In this document: positions 1 through 8,708 of the stretch, piece after piece
Layout of the letters: each line of letters begins with the position of its first letter
Numbering within the stretch: position 1 is the stretch's first letter
Source of the DNA: an uncultured Candidatus Sumerlaeota bacterium
GTDB taxonomy: Bacteria; CAYMEV01
Assembly (NCBI GenBank): GCA_964389675.1
Contig: CAYMEV010000024.1
Span: 1-53,416, forward strand
Length of the DNA stretch: 53,416 nucleotides
Direction: 5' to 3'
The notes under the pieces: generated by a model
The model's database searches: none
What the model saw: only the letters and a program-made list of their open reading frames with translations
What the model was told of the DNA's origin: nothing
Program-made: the position numbers and the translations under genes

Positions 1-3000
1 TATGAATCCACCATCACTGTTGGCAGTAATTCAGACGGTAGCATCAGCCTTGACAAGGATGTATATGCCTGCGGAGCTACTGCCTATGTAACTCTTTCTG
101 ACGGTGATCTGAGCAGTTACAGCAGTTACAGCGTGAATATCAAGTCAACCAGCAGTCCTTCAGGCATATCTTTGAGCCTTTCAAAGACAGCATCAGGGAC
201 CTTTACGGGGAGCTGTGTGCTGGGTTCACAGCTTGCTGTATCCCACAATGACACTGTAACGGTCACCTATTATGACCAGAACACAGGCAGCGGTTCAGGA
301 GCCACGAAGACAGACACGGCGGTAATGAGCTGTGAGGGCCCGTCGATCAGCAATATAAGCGCAGGCAATATAACAGGAAGCAGTGCCTGGATAAGCTTTA
401 CAACGAGCACAGCATCAACAAGCAAGGTATTATACGGCTCCAGTGTTGCCAACCTGTCAAATACTGCGGATATCAGCACGACATACAAGACAAGCCACAG
501 CGGGGCCATAACCGGTCTTAGCCCGAATTCCACGGTCTATTACAGGGTAAGGGCGACGGATGAGCTTGGCAATCAAGCAGAGAGCAGTGTGCTGACCTTT
601 ACGACTCCCAATATGCTGACTGTTGGCACAGGCACCCAGACCATTAACCAGGCTCCTTTATATACGTATTACCATGACAACAGGACACAGATCATATATA
701 CCAGTTCGGAACTCGGGGGCACAGGCTTCAGGATAAACGGCATGTCCATTGATGTAACGACCCTTCCGGGCCTTGCAATGAATTCATTTACCATAAGGTT
801 AAAGCATACATCAAAGTCCAGTTATGACAGTGACAACAGTTTTGAGAATACCGGCTGGACAGTTGTATACCAGTCCAATGAGACAATAGACACATTAGGC
901 TGGAACAGCTTTGGTTTCAGCACGCCATTTGACTATAACGGCACAAGCAACCTTATGGTTGACATATCTTTCAACAATACCAGCTGGGTGCAGGGATACG
1001 GCAAGTGCAACTGGACATCCTCCAGCAGTAAGCGGACGATATATGCCTATGTTGACAGCACCCAGGGCGACCCCCTTGACTGGAGTGGCACGACCAATCC
1101 TACAGCAAATACTGCAAGCCTTATACTGAACCTGATGCTTTCGATAGAGGATTCAGAGAGCATACCGCTGAATACTGCCCTTGACAATACTGATCTTACA
1201 TTCAGTACAGACGGCGATGGTTTATGGACAGGACAGAGCGATGATTATTATTACGGCGGTTCATCAGCTGTAAGCGGTTCAATAGGTGACAGCAAGAGCA
1301 GTAACCTGACAACGGCCGTAACGGGCCCCGGTACCCTTGCATTTTACTGGAAGGTATCGAGTGAGTCCGGCGCTGATTATCTTCGGTTCTACATGAACGA
1401 TGTCCTGATAGACAGCATAAGCGGTTCCACCAGCTGGGCATTGAAGAGTGTAGATGTACCTTCCGGCAGTTATACTGCAAAGTGGGTATACATAAAGGAT
1501 GCCTCAAGTTCCCAGAACCTTGACCGCGGTTATGTTGACAAGGTTTCCTATGAGGAGGGTGTTACATGCGATCCTCCGACAGTATCTACAAATTCAGCCG
1601 GCAGTGTAACAACCAGCTCTGCAGTTTTGAACGGCACAGGCAATCCTCAGGGCTGTTCTGCAAATGTATATTTTCAGTGGGGCACGACAAGCTACAGCAA
1701 TACAACCTCCTCCCAGTCCATAGGTTCAGGGACATCCAATGTATCATTTAATGCTTCAATAACAGGCCTGTCTCCGAATACCACATATAATTACCGTGCA
1801 GTGATAGTATCAGATGGAGGCACGGTATACGGTTCGAATGTAAGCTTTACGACACCTGATGACACGAATCCGCCGACGGTATCTACAGGTTCAGCCGGCA
1901 GTGTAACAACGAGTTCTGCAGTGCTGAACGGCACGGGCAACCCGCAGGGGAGTTCAGCAAGTGTATATTTTCAGTGGGGTACGACGACCAGCTACGGCAA
2001 TACAACCTCCTCCCAGTCCATAGGCTCAGGGACATCCAATGTATCATTTAATGCTTCAATAACAGGCCTGTCATCCAGCACCACCTATAATTACCGTGCA
2101 GTCATCACATCAGCAGGGGGTACAGTTTACGGCTCGAATGCAAGCTTTACCACACAGTCGTCAGGCGGTAATTTCACCAGGGATGTCCTTATTGTGAACG
2201 GTGATAAGAACGGTGATTATACAAGCCATTTCGTATCTGCGGTCCAGTCAGCCGGTTATGATCCTGACACCTGGGTATACCAGAGTTCAGGGACGCCTTC
2301 TTCATCTGACCTTCTTGAATACAGGGTTGTAGTCTGGACCACTGGCAATGATTACGGTTCCACGACATTCACAGATGACGAAGAGAATGCCCTGTCTGCA
2401 TACCTTGATGAGGGCGGGGCCCTTTATTTCTCAAGCCATGACTATCTATATGCAGAGTATGGTTCCGGCAGCTCAGGGCCTTCAGTATCAGGCCAGTTTG
2501 CCAGGGATTACCTGCTTATTGATACATGGGACCATGATGAGAATTATACTTCCGTTACAGGTGTATCAGGAGATATTATCGGAGACGGCCTGAGCATAGC
2601 AATAAGCTCAGGGGCATTTACCAATTATGCTGATTATATAAACCCTGCAAGCCAGGCAGCAGCATTCCTGAAGGCAGGTACGTCAAATGCAGCCATAAGG
2701 GATAACGGAAGCCTCGGCTTCAGGGTCGTTACCACCGGTTTTGCCTTTGAGAATATAACCACCACAACAAATAAAAATCTTCTTATGCAGAGGATACTTG
2801 CCTATCTTATGGAAGGGGAGGCTCCGTCATGCGATCCTCCTACTGTTGGTACCTCACCGGCCGGCAGTATAACAACAGACTCCGCTGTACTGAACGGCAT
2901 AGGCAATCCGCAGGGCTGTCCGGCAAATGTATATTTTCAGTGGGGCACGACCAGCTACAGCAATACAACATCAGTTGAGTCCATAGGCTCAGGAACATCC

Positions 3001-3783
3001 AATGTAGCATTTAATGCCTCAATAACAGGATTATCAGCGAATACAACATATAATTACCGGGCAGTGATAGTATCAGAAGGTGGTACGGTCTACGGCTCCA
3101 ATGCAAGTTTTACCACACAGTCATCAGGAGGCGGCAATTTCACCAGGGATGTCCTTATAGTAAACGGTGATAAGAACGGTAATTATACCAGCCATTTCAT
3201 ATCAGCAGTGCAGTCAGCCGGCTATGACCCTGACACCTGGGTATATCAGACTTCAGGCGCGCCTTCAGCTGATGATCTGTTAGAATACAGGGTAGTTGTA
3301 TGGACCACGGGCAATGATTACGGCTCCACTACATTCACAGATGCGGAAGAAACTGCACTGGAAGGGTATCTTGATGCTGGCGGTGCTCTTTATTTCTCAA
3401 GCCATGATTATTTTTATGCAGAATACGGTTACAACAGTTCAGGGCCTTCAGTATCAGGCCAGTTTGCCAGGGATTATCTGCTGATTAATACCTGGTCCCA
3501 TGACAAGGGGTATACCTCCAATACCGGAGTATCCGGCGATGTTATAGGCAATGGCCTCAGTATATCCATAAGCTCAGGCGCATTTACCAATTATCCTGAT
3601 TATATAAACCCTACAAGCCAGGCAGCAGCATTCTTAAAGACAGGCTCATACAATACAGCCATAAGGGATAACGGGAGTCTCGGCTTCAGGGTCGTAACCA
3701 CAGGCTTTGCCTTTGAGAACATAACCACAACAGCAAATAAGAATCTATTGATGCAGAGGATACTTGAGTATCTGATGCCGTAG
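1..3783 (+). CDS. Large secreted/surface multidomain protein, 5'-truncated. It has Ser/Thr-rich Ig/FN3-like domains, three FN3-like repeats and two C-terminal alpha/beta (GATase1/ThuA-like) repeats.
   Basis: Frame +1 is open from base 1 (YESTITVGSNSDG...) to TAG 3783, so GTG 133 is not the true start. FN3-type motifs GLSPNSTVYYRV and GLSPNTTYNYRAV are present, plus a duplicated RDVLIVNGDK...LMQRILxYLM domain. Confidence 0.8.
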   Translation, partial: YESTITVGSNSDGSISLDKDVYACGATAYVTLSDGDLSSYSSYSVNIKSTSSPSGISLSLSKTASGTFTGSCVLGSQLAVSHNDTVTVTYYDQNTGSGSGATKTDTAVMSCEGPSISNISAGNITGSSAWISFTTSTASTSKVLYGSSVANLSNTADISTTYKTSHSGAITGLSPNSTVYYRVRATDELGNQAESSVLTFTTPNMLTVGTGTQTINQAPLYTYYHDNRTQIIYTSSELGGTGFRINGMSIDVTTLPGLAMNSFTIRLKHTSKSSYDSDNSFENTGWTVVYQSNETIDTLGWNSFGFSTPFDYNGTSNLMVDISFNNTSWVQGYGKCNWTSSSSKRTIYAYVDSTQGDPLDWSGTTNPTANTASLILNLMLSIEDSESIPLNTALDNTDLTFSTDGDGLWTGQSDDYYYGGSSAVSGSIGDSKSSNLTTAVTGPGTLAFYWKVSSESGADYLRFYMNDVLIDSISGSTSWALKSVDVPSGSYTAKWVYIKDASSSQNLDRGYVDKVSYEEGVTCDPPTVSTNSAGSVTTSSAVLNGTGNPQGCSANVYFQWGTTSYSNTTSSQSIGSGTSNVSFNASITGLSPNTTYNYRAVIVSDGGTVYGSNVSFTTPDDTNPPTVSTGSAGSVTTSSAVLNGTGNPQGSSASVYFQWGTTTSYGNTTSSQSIGSGTSNVSFNASITGLSSSTTYNYRAVITSAGGTVYGSNASFTTQSSGGNFTRDVLIVNGDKNGDYTSHFVSAVQSAGYDPDTWVYQSSGTPSSSDLLEYRVVVWTTGNDYGSTTFTDDEENALSAYLDEGGALYFSSHDYLYAEYGSGSSGPSVSGQFARDYLLIDTWDHDENYTSVTGVSGDIIGDGLSIAISSGAFTNYADYINPASQAAAFLKAGTSNAAIRDNGSLGFRVVTTGFAFENITTTTNKNLLMQRILAYLMEGEAPSCDPPTVGTSPAGSITTDSAVLNGIGNPQGCPANVYFQWGTTSYSNTTSVESIGSGTSNVAFNASITGLSANTTYNYRAVIVSEGGTVYGSNASFTTQSSGGGNFTRDVLIVNGDKNGNYTSHFISAVQSAGYDPDTWVYQTSGAPSADDLLEYRVVVWTTGNDYGSTTFTDAEETALEGYLDAGGALYFSSHDYFYAEYGYNSSGPSVSGQFARDYLLINTWSHDKGYTSNTGVSGDVIGNGLSISISSGAFTNYPDYINPTSQAAAFLKTGSYNTAIRDNGSLGFRVVTTGFAFENITTTANKNLLMQRILEYLMP
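1567..3777 (+). repeat. Intragenic domain repeats: FN3-like A (~1567-1854), B (~1867-2154) and C (~2830-3117); alpha/beta domain 1 (~2164-2811) and 2 (~3130-3777)
   Basis: Near-identical DNA and protein, e.g. aatgtatattttcagtggggcacgac in A and C, and ttcaccagggatgtccttat in both alpha/beta domains. Confidence 0.95.
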
Positions 3784-3797
3784 ATGAAATAACCCCC

Positions 3798-3833
3798 AAA
3801 AAAGGAGCCCTCATAATGAGGGCTCCTTTTTTT
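3798..3833. terminator. Bidirectional intrinsic terminator
   Basis: aaaaaa-ggagccctca-taa-tgagggctcc-ttttttt: a perfect 10-bp stem with A and T tails between convergent genes. Confidence 0.92.
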
Positions 3834-3867
3834 ATAATGCTGTTGCTTAACTGATTCAGAGTTTTCT

Positions 3868-5277
3868 TTAAAACAATGGCAACCCGCCGATTATCAGATG
3901 AAGCAGGCCGAAAAGAATTCCTGCTGTCCCGTATGCTGGTTCGAAAGCATCAATAAAAGCCAGCTTTTCAGTAAGGGTTATCGGTATCGGGCCTGGAGAA
4001 TCATGGATAAAGGAAAGCCCGAGAAGTACAGAGATTATCTGGGGAATCAATGAAGCATGAGGCGCCAGGCTGAAAAGATTAATAATAAAACCCAGGAAGC
4101 CTGATAAGAGGAGAATGATCCCGAGAGGGAGGTAGAGGAAACCCAATTTTCCATACAGGCCCTTGAGGTTGGGCAGAAACCTGGTAATAATGTTTTCTGC
4201 ACCCAGTATACCGCCGGCCATCAGTAAAAGGCTGAACAGTATCCTGCCGGCGCTGAACGGTGAATCAGTCGCATCTCCTGATGTTTCATCAGATCTGCTT
4301 CCTTTGGGCACGGATTTTTTCAGCATCTGATATTTCTGGTACTGTTTCGAGCTGGCATATTTGAAAGGCAGGCCCTTTTCTACCCCTGCCTCTTCTGCTG
4401 TATAAAAAACCATATTATACACATATACTATGTCAGGGTCATTTTTACCGGAAAAGGCAACAAGCATGTCAAGGCTGTACTGTGTCGGCGCATCTGTAAG
4501 GGGTGCTTTTTTCCAGACTTCCCAGCTGTTCCCGGTAACGCATGCTGCATAAGGGATATGTTCATCATCGTACTCAGGCCTGCTCCAGTCCGGGTGTTTT
4601 TTAAGGAATTCCAGAGCGGCTGAGGCAAGCTCACCTGGTTTGCCGGGCCCCTCAAAATCTTTATTATTGCCTGGCCATATAATGGATTCCATTGTCTTTA
4701 TATAGACAGCCTTTGATTCCTTCTCTGCTGACTCACATTTTTTGATCTGTTCTTCATAATCCTTATCAGGATTCATCTTTGCAGCTGCTTTATAGCCTTT
4801 TAATGCTCTCTGTGCATAGCGGTACTTTAATTCAAGCTTTGTCTTGTCAGGGTTTGAAAACTGCTCCCAGCGGTCATAGTTTTCCTCTCCCATCTTTTCA
4901 GCCCACAGGGTAATATTATTGTGCATCTGGTCAATATCTGCAAAAAGGTACTGATCGATAAGCACATAGCATTCCCTGTTGGCTTCAACCGGCTTAAAAT
5001 GCTTCTGGAAAGCCTCCTGGAGCATATTCCTGTCAGTTCCGTATCTTTCGCCAAATTCAGTTGATTTCTGTTTGAAGCGCCTGCGGAATTCAAGCCAGCT
5101 ACTGATAAATTCATCAGGGTTTTTTTCAAATTCACTCTGATACAGGAAAGCCTCTCTTTCAGTAAGAAGCTTATCCATCTCGACCCAGTCCTTTGATATC
5201 TGCTCACTGCCAGGACCTGCTGAAAGCATGCAGGAACCAATGAAAATCATGATAAGAAAAAGCAAAAAGCTTTTCAA
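3868..5277 (-). CDS. Hypothetical exported protein: signal peptide, helical soluble domain and C-terminal multi-pass membrane domain
   Basis: 469-aa ORF with TTG start preceded by AGGAGG. It has an N-terminal hydrophobic signal and about 4 hydrophobic helices at the C-terminus. Confidence 0.8.
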   Translation of the reverse strand: MKSFLLFLIMIFIGSCMLSAGPGSEQISKDWVEMDKLLTEREAFLYQSEFEKNPDEFISSWLEFRRRFKQKSTEFGERYGTDRNMLQEAFQKHFKPVEANRECYVLIDQYLFADIDQMHNNITLWAEKMGEENYDRWEQFSNPDKTKLELKYRYAQRALKGYKAAAKMNPDKDYEEQIKKCESAEKESKAVYIKTMESIIWPGNNKDFEGPGKPGELASAALEFLKKHPDWSRPEYDDEHIPYAACVTGNSWEVWKKAPLTDAPTQYSLDMLVAFSGKNDPDIVYVYNMVFYTAEEAGVEKGLPFKYASSKQYQKYQMLKKSVPKGSRSDETSGDATDSPFSAGRILFSLLLMAGGILGAENIITRFLPNLKGLYGKLGFLYLPLGIILLLSGFLGFIINLFSLAPHASLIPQIISVLLGLSFIHDSPGPIPITLTEKLAFIDAFEPAYGTAGILFGLLHLIIGGLPLF

Positions 5278-5327
5278 TTTATATCCTCCTTATAAAAATA
5301 TTTAAGAGATTTAATCATATATACTTC

Positions 5328-5353
5328 ATATTTGCACATTATATTTGCACATT
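5328..5353. promoter_or_regulatory. Tandem 13-bp direct repeat, putative operator in a divergent promoter region
   Basis: atatttgcacatt occurs twice, exact and adjacent, between divergent genes. Confidence 0.45.
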
Positions 5354-5597
5354 TAATCCATTATTATATTCCAGTTTTACAGAATATTCCAAATCTTTTT
5401 TAGAAATAATGTTATAAAATTAAACAGGAGCTTGAAAATAATTGCAAAAAATAATTGACAATTATATAAAGATATTGTAACTAATATTTATGGAATTTTC
5501 ATTTTCTGGAATCCTTGACAGAGCAAGCGCCGGACAACAAAACTATTGTCGTTATACATCCAAAAAAAATCAAGACTATAAAACAGGAGGGGGTTTT

Positions 5598-8510
5598 TTG
5601 AAAAAACTATTTTCATTCCTGGCAATCTTTCTGATGATCGGGATTTTTTCTGTATCAGCACAGGAAGCATTGCCTTTCAGCGAAACATTTGACGGTACAA
5701 CAATACCGGCTACATGGACAGTAGAGGATACCGGCGGTGACCCGGTATGGGGCATCAGTGAAACAGCCATTGCAGGCGGAGCAGTAAATGAGCTTCTTGC
5801 TACCTGGGTCTCCTTTGACGGTACTACCAGGTGCTATACGCCGACCATTGATGTTGACGGAGTTACAAATATTGCACTGAGCTTCAAGCATTTCTATGAT
5901 GATTATGCTGAAGGAGCTACACTAAAGGTTCAGTACAGCACCACAGGCCTTACCTGGGTCGATACCGGCTGGGAGATCGTTTCAGGCAGCGGAAATGTCG
6001 GGCCTGCAACTGCAAACATACTTGTCCCTAATCCTGCAAAAGCTACTACAATGCAGTTCTCATGGACAATTGAAGGCAATCATTATCAGTATGACGGATG
6101 GGTAATAGATGATGTCCTGGTTGATGTAGCGCCGGCTTATTCAGTATCAATAGCAAATATGACAGGCGATTCCCTGGTCCAGATAGGCGAATCATTCTTC
6201 TATCAGCTGAGGGTTACCAATGCAGGCGATACGGATGATGATTATACATTTACACTCTCCAAGGGATGGGCAGACGGATTATATGCTGATACAGCAGAGA
6301 ATCCAGTTCCGGATCCCCTTTCAATTACTGCAGGAAACTATGCTGATGTTTACCTTAAGGTAACTGTTCCTGTCGGAACACCAGCGCTTACTGAGATGAT
6401 AGACACAGTGCAGGCAAATGGCACAGGTGTTTCTGATTCTGTTGCAGTGACATCAACTGCTATGGATATGTGGCTGAACGAGGATTTTGCAGATGGCTAT
6501 GACGGCTGGAATATATACCAGATGGGCGATGCCACAGCGGTAAGCTGGGAGTGGAATTCCGGAGGCTACATGGTCCACGGCTGGACAGCAGCAGGCGAAG
6601 TTGCTGACAACTGGCTTGTTTCACCACAGGTTACCATAGAGCCCACAAGGCAGGAGGAACTGATAATCCTTCAGTTCTACTATGCCTGGACAGAGCCTGA
6701 TTACTATGTATATCACGGCCTTTGGGTATCCCTTGGAAGCGGCGATCCTGCTGACGGGGATTTCTTTGAACTGACAGAGCTTGCACCGGATCCGGAAGAG
6801 GATCCCGGGTATTTCTACGGCTATGCCTATGACATATCAGCCCTTGCTGGGCATACATTCTACCTGGCATTTGTATATCAGGGTGAGGATGCTGACCTGA
6901 TGGCCGTTACAGACATACTTGTCTATGATGATGCCTATGTATGGCCTGATACATATGCACTGACCCTTACTTCAGATCCTGCAGAGATCGGAGCTACCCT
7001 TACAGGTGCAGGTGACTATGCACAGGGTGCAACTGTCAATATTTCTGCAGATACTCCAGCAGGCTATAACTGGCTTGGATGGGGAGGTTTTGCATATGAC
7101 CTGGCACTGCTTGCTGACCCGTTTGCACAGTCTACATCATTTACAATGCCTTACAGGGCCATTGACCTGTATGCTGTTTATGAGCCAATTTATGCAGTAA
7201 CACTGCTTGCCAACCCGTCTGATATAGGTGTTGTCCTGACAGGTGCAGGTGATTATGCAGAGGCTGAAGCAGTTAATATATCAGCTAGCCTTCCGCCAAA
7301 GGGCTATGTATTTGTTGAATGGCAGGGGCTTTCAGAGGATGTGGCTCTTCTTGCAGACCCGTATGCAGAATCTACATCATTTACAATGCCTGCCAGGGCT
7401 GTAGAATTTACAGCATACTATGAAGAAGAAGGCGGAGATTATACACCTGCATGTATCAGCCTTGAGAACGCATCAATTATGGGAATCTGGCTTTGGGAAT
7501 ACAGCCCGACCAAATCCCCGTATATGGAGTCAAAGGGTTCAAGCTGGACCAAGATCCTCGCAGGCGTAGTTGGAACAAAGATACTTGCCGGCGATATCTC
7601 AAATGATGGAAATCTTGAGATCGTTGCACTGTTACCGGGTATGGGTCTCTATTATTATGACATTTTAGGCGCTACATGGACAAGTATAATCGGCGATGCT
7701 GCCGGCGTTACAGAATTTACCCTTGCAAAAACAACTGCACAGGGCCCGGTTCAGGTCGTTGCATCATTTTCAAGCAACGGTATCCAGAGATGGACATTCG
7801 GCGGTTCATGGACAGCTGTTAATGCTATGTCCGCTGATATACTTGCTGCAGGAAATATCAACAGGGATGTTGACGGCATAGATGAGCTCGTTGTTGTATT
7901 TACAGGATATGCAGGATACTTCCTCTATGATTTCACCACAGCAAGCTTTACCAATATAATCAATATCAGCCCGTCACAGGTAGCAGTTGCAGATGTCACA
8001 GCAGACGGATACCTTGAGCTTGTAACTGTTTTTGACGGTTTCGGGATCTATATAGTAAGATATATTCCTGAAAAGGGCCTTGATATGAAGCAGGCTGGCG
8101 AGCTCAGCCCTGAATTCGACATTATCAGCGATATACCTGAGAACCATGTATGGGTATCCAAGGGCAGCCTTCCTAAGGGGTTCCAGTTCAACAGGATCAC
8201 CTATGCTTCACCAGCATCAGGCCATTATGTAGGAGTCGGTGATATCAGCGGTACAGCTGGAGCAGAAATACTGTTCACCTATGCTGACGGCAGAACATAT
8301 TACTATTCCTATGACCTGAAAGGATGGTCAACTCTGATCATGGCATCATTGAAGAGGATCATATCCGGTAACTTCACAGGCGGTACAAGGGATGACCTTA
8401 TCGTATGCGAAACAAGTACCGGCAGTGTATACCTCAGAATTACAGATACCGGCTCATGGGAAAATATCGCAGCTGGCGGTGATACAAATGCAATGACAGC
8501 TATAGAATAG
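5598..8510 (+). CDS. Secreted acidic adhesin-like protein: cleaved-adhesin/choice-of-anchor-J-like jelly-roll domains, Ig-like domain, two InlB-B-like repeats and a C-terminal FG-GAP-like propeller
   Basis: The true start is probably TTG 5598 (AGGAGG upstream; MKKLFSFLAIFLMIGIFSVSA-QE signal peptide), not ATG 5490. Motifs include LPFSETFD, GWVIDDV, DNWLVSPQ, GAGDYAxGxxVNISA twice, GDISNDGNLEIV and ADVTADGYLELV. Confidence 0.8.
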   Translation: MKKLFSFLAIFLMIGIFSVSAQEALPFSETFDGTTIPATWTVEDTGGDPVWGISETAIAGGAVNELLATWVSFDGTTRCYTPTIDVDGVTNIALSFKHFYDDYAEGATLKVQYSTTGLTWVDTGWEIVSGSGNVGPATANILVPNPAKATTMQFSWTIEGNHYQYDGWVIDDVLVDVAPAYSVSIANMTGDSLVQIGESFFYQLRVTNAGDTDDDYTFTLSKGWADGLYADTAENPVPDPLSITAGNYADVYLKVTVPVGTPALTEMIDTVQANGTGVSDSVAVTSTAMDMWLNEDFADGYDGWNIYQMGDATAVSWEWNSGGYMVHGWTAAGEVADNWLVSPQVTIEPTRQEELIILQFYYAWTEPDYYVYHGLWVSLGSGDPADGDFFELTELAPDPEEDPGYFYGYAYDISALAGHTFYLAFVYQGEDADLMAVTDILVYDDAYVWPDTYALTLTSDPAEIGATLTGAGDYAQGATVNISADTPAGYNWLGWGGFAYDLALLADPFAQSTSFTMPYRAIDLYAVYEPIYAVTLLANPSDIGVVLTGAGDYAEAEAVNISASLPPKGYVFVEWQGLSEDVALLADPYAESTSFTMPARAVEFTAYYEEEGGDYTPACISLENASIMGIWLWEYSPTKSPYMESKGSSWTKILAGVVGTKILAGDISNDGNLEIVALLPGMGLYYYDILGATWTSIIGDAAGVTEFTLAKTTAQGPVQVVASFSSNGIQRWTFGGSWTAVNAMSADILAAGNINRDVDGIDELVVVFTGYAGYFLYDFTTASFTNIINISPSQVAVADVTADGYLELVTVFDGFGIYIVRYIPEKGLDMKQAGELSPEFDIISDIPENHVWVSKGSLPKGFQFNRITYASPASGHYVGVGDISGTAGAEILFTYADGRTYYYSYDLKGWSTLIMASLKRIISGNFTGGTRDDLIVCETSTGSVYLRITDTGSWENIAAGGDTNAMTAIE
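6954..7424 (+). repeat. Two tandem ~78-aa InlB-B/bacterial-repeat-like domains
   Basis: LTGAGDYA...VNISA...LLADPxAxSTSFTMPxRA is repeated, with DNA tctacatcatttacaatgcct identical in both copies. Confidence 0.9.
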
Positions 8511-8527
8511 GCTGTTAAACATATCAG

Positions 8528-8559
8528 AAAAGGGCAGTGCATTTGCACTGCCCTTTTTT
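8528..8559 (+). terminator. Intrinsic terminator
   Basis: aaaa-gggcagtgca-tt-tgcactgccc-tttttt just downstream of the stop at 8510. Confidence 0.92.
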
Positions 8560-8587
8560 ATTCCACCGATAAACAGCAAATTATATA

Positions 8588-8615
8588 TTGACATCAGCCT
8601 TGCAGGGTATATCAT
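8588..8615 (+). promoter_or_regulatory. Putative sigma70 promoter
   Basis: TTGACA, 16-bp spacer, TATCAT upstream of the 8709 gene. Confidence 0.55.
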
Positions 8616-8708
8616 TTATAATGTAATAAGTTGAATCAAAGCCCATAAAGGTTCTTAAAACGAACATGCTTTCTTCCAACTTAAAATGCTTACAAAAGGA
8701 GGCAAAGC

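Noticed and set aside
1867-3777. Duplicated C-terminal region as a DGR template/variable repeat pair
   Set aside because: Differences include C/T and C/G changes and are largely synonymous rather than adenine-specific. Both copies are in-frame, and there is no reverse transcriptase in the window.
5490-5597. N-terminal extension of the adhesin ORF, or a riboswitch in its leader
   Set aside because: A strong RBS and signal peptide point to TTG 5598. Only a short gacaa/ttgtc hairpin is present, with no recognisable riboswitch motif.
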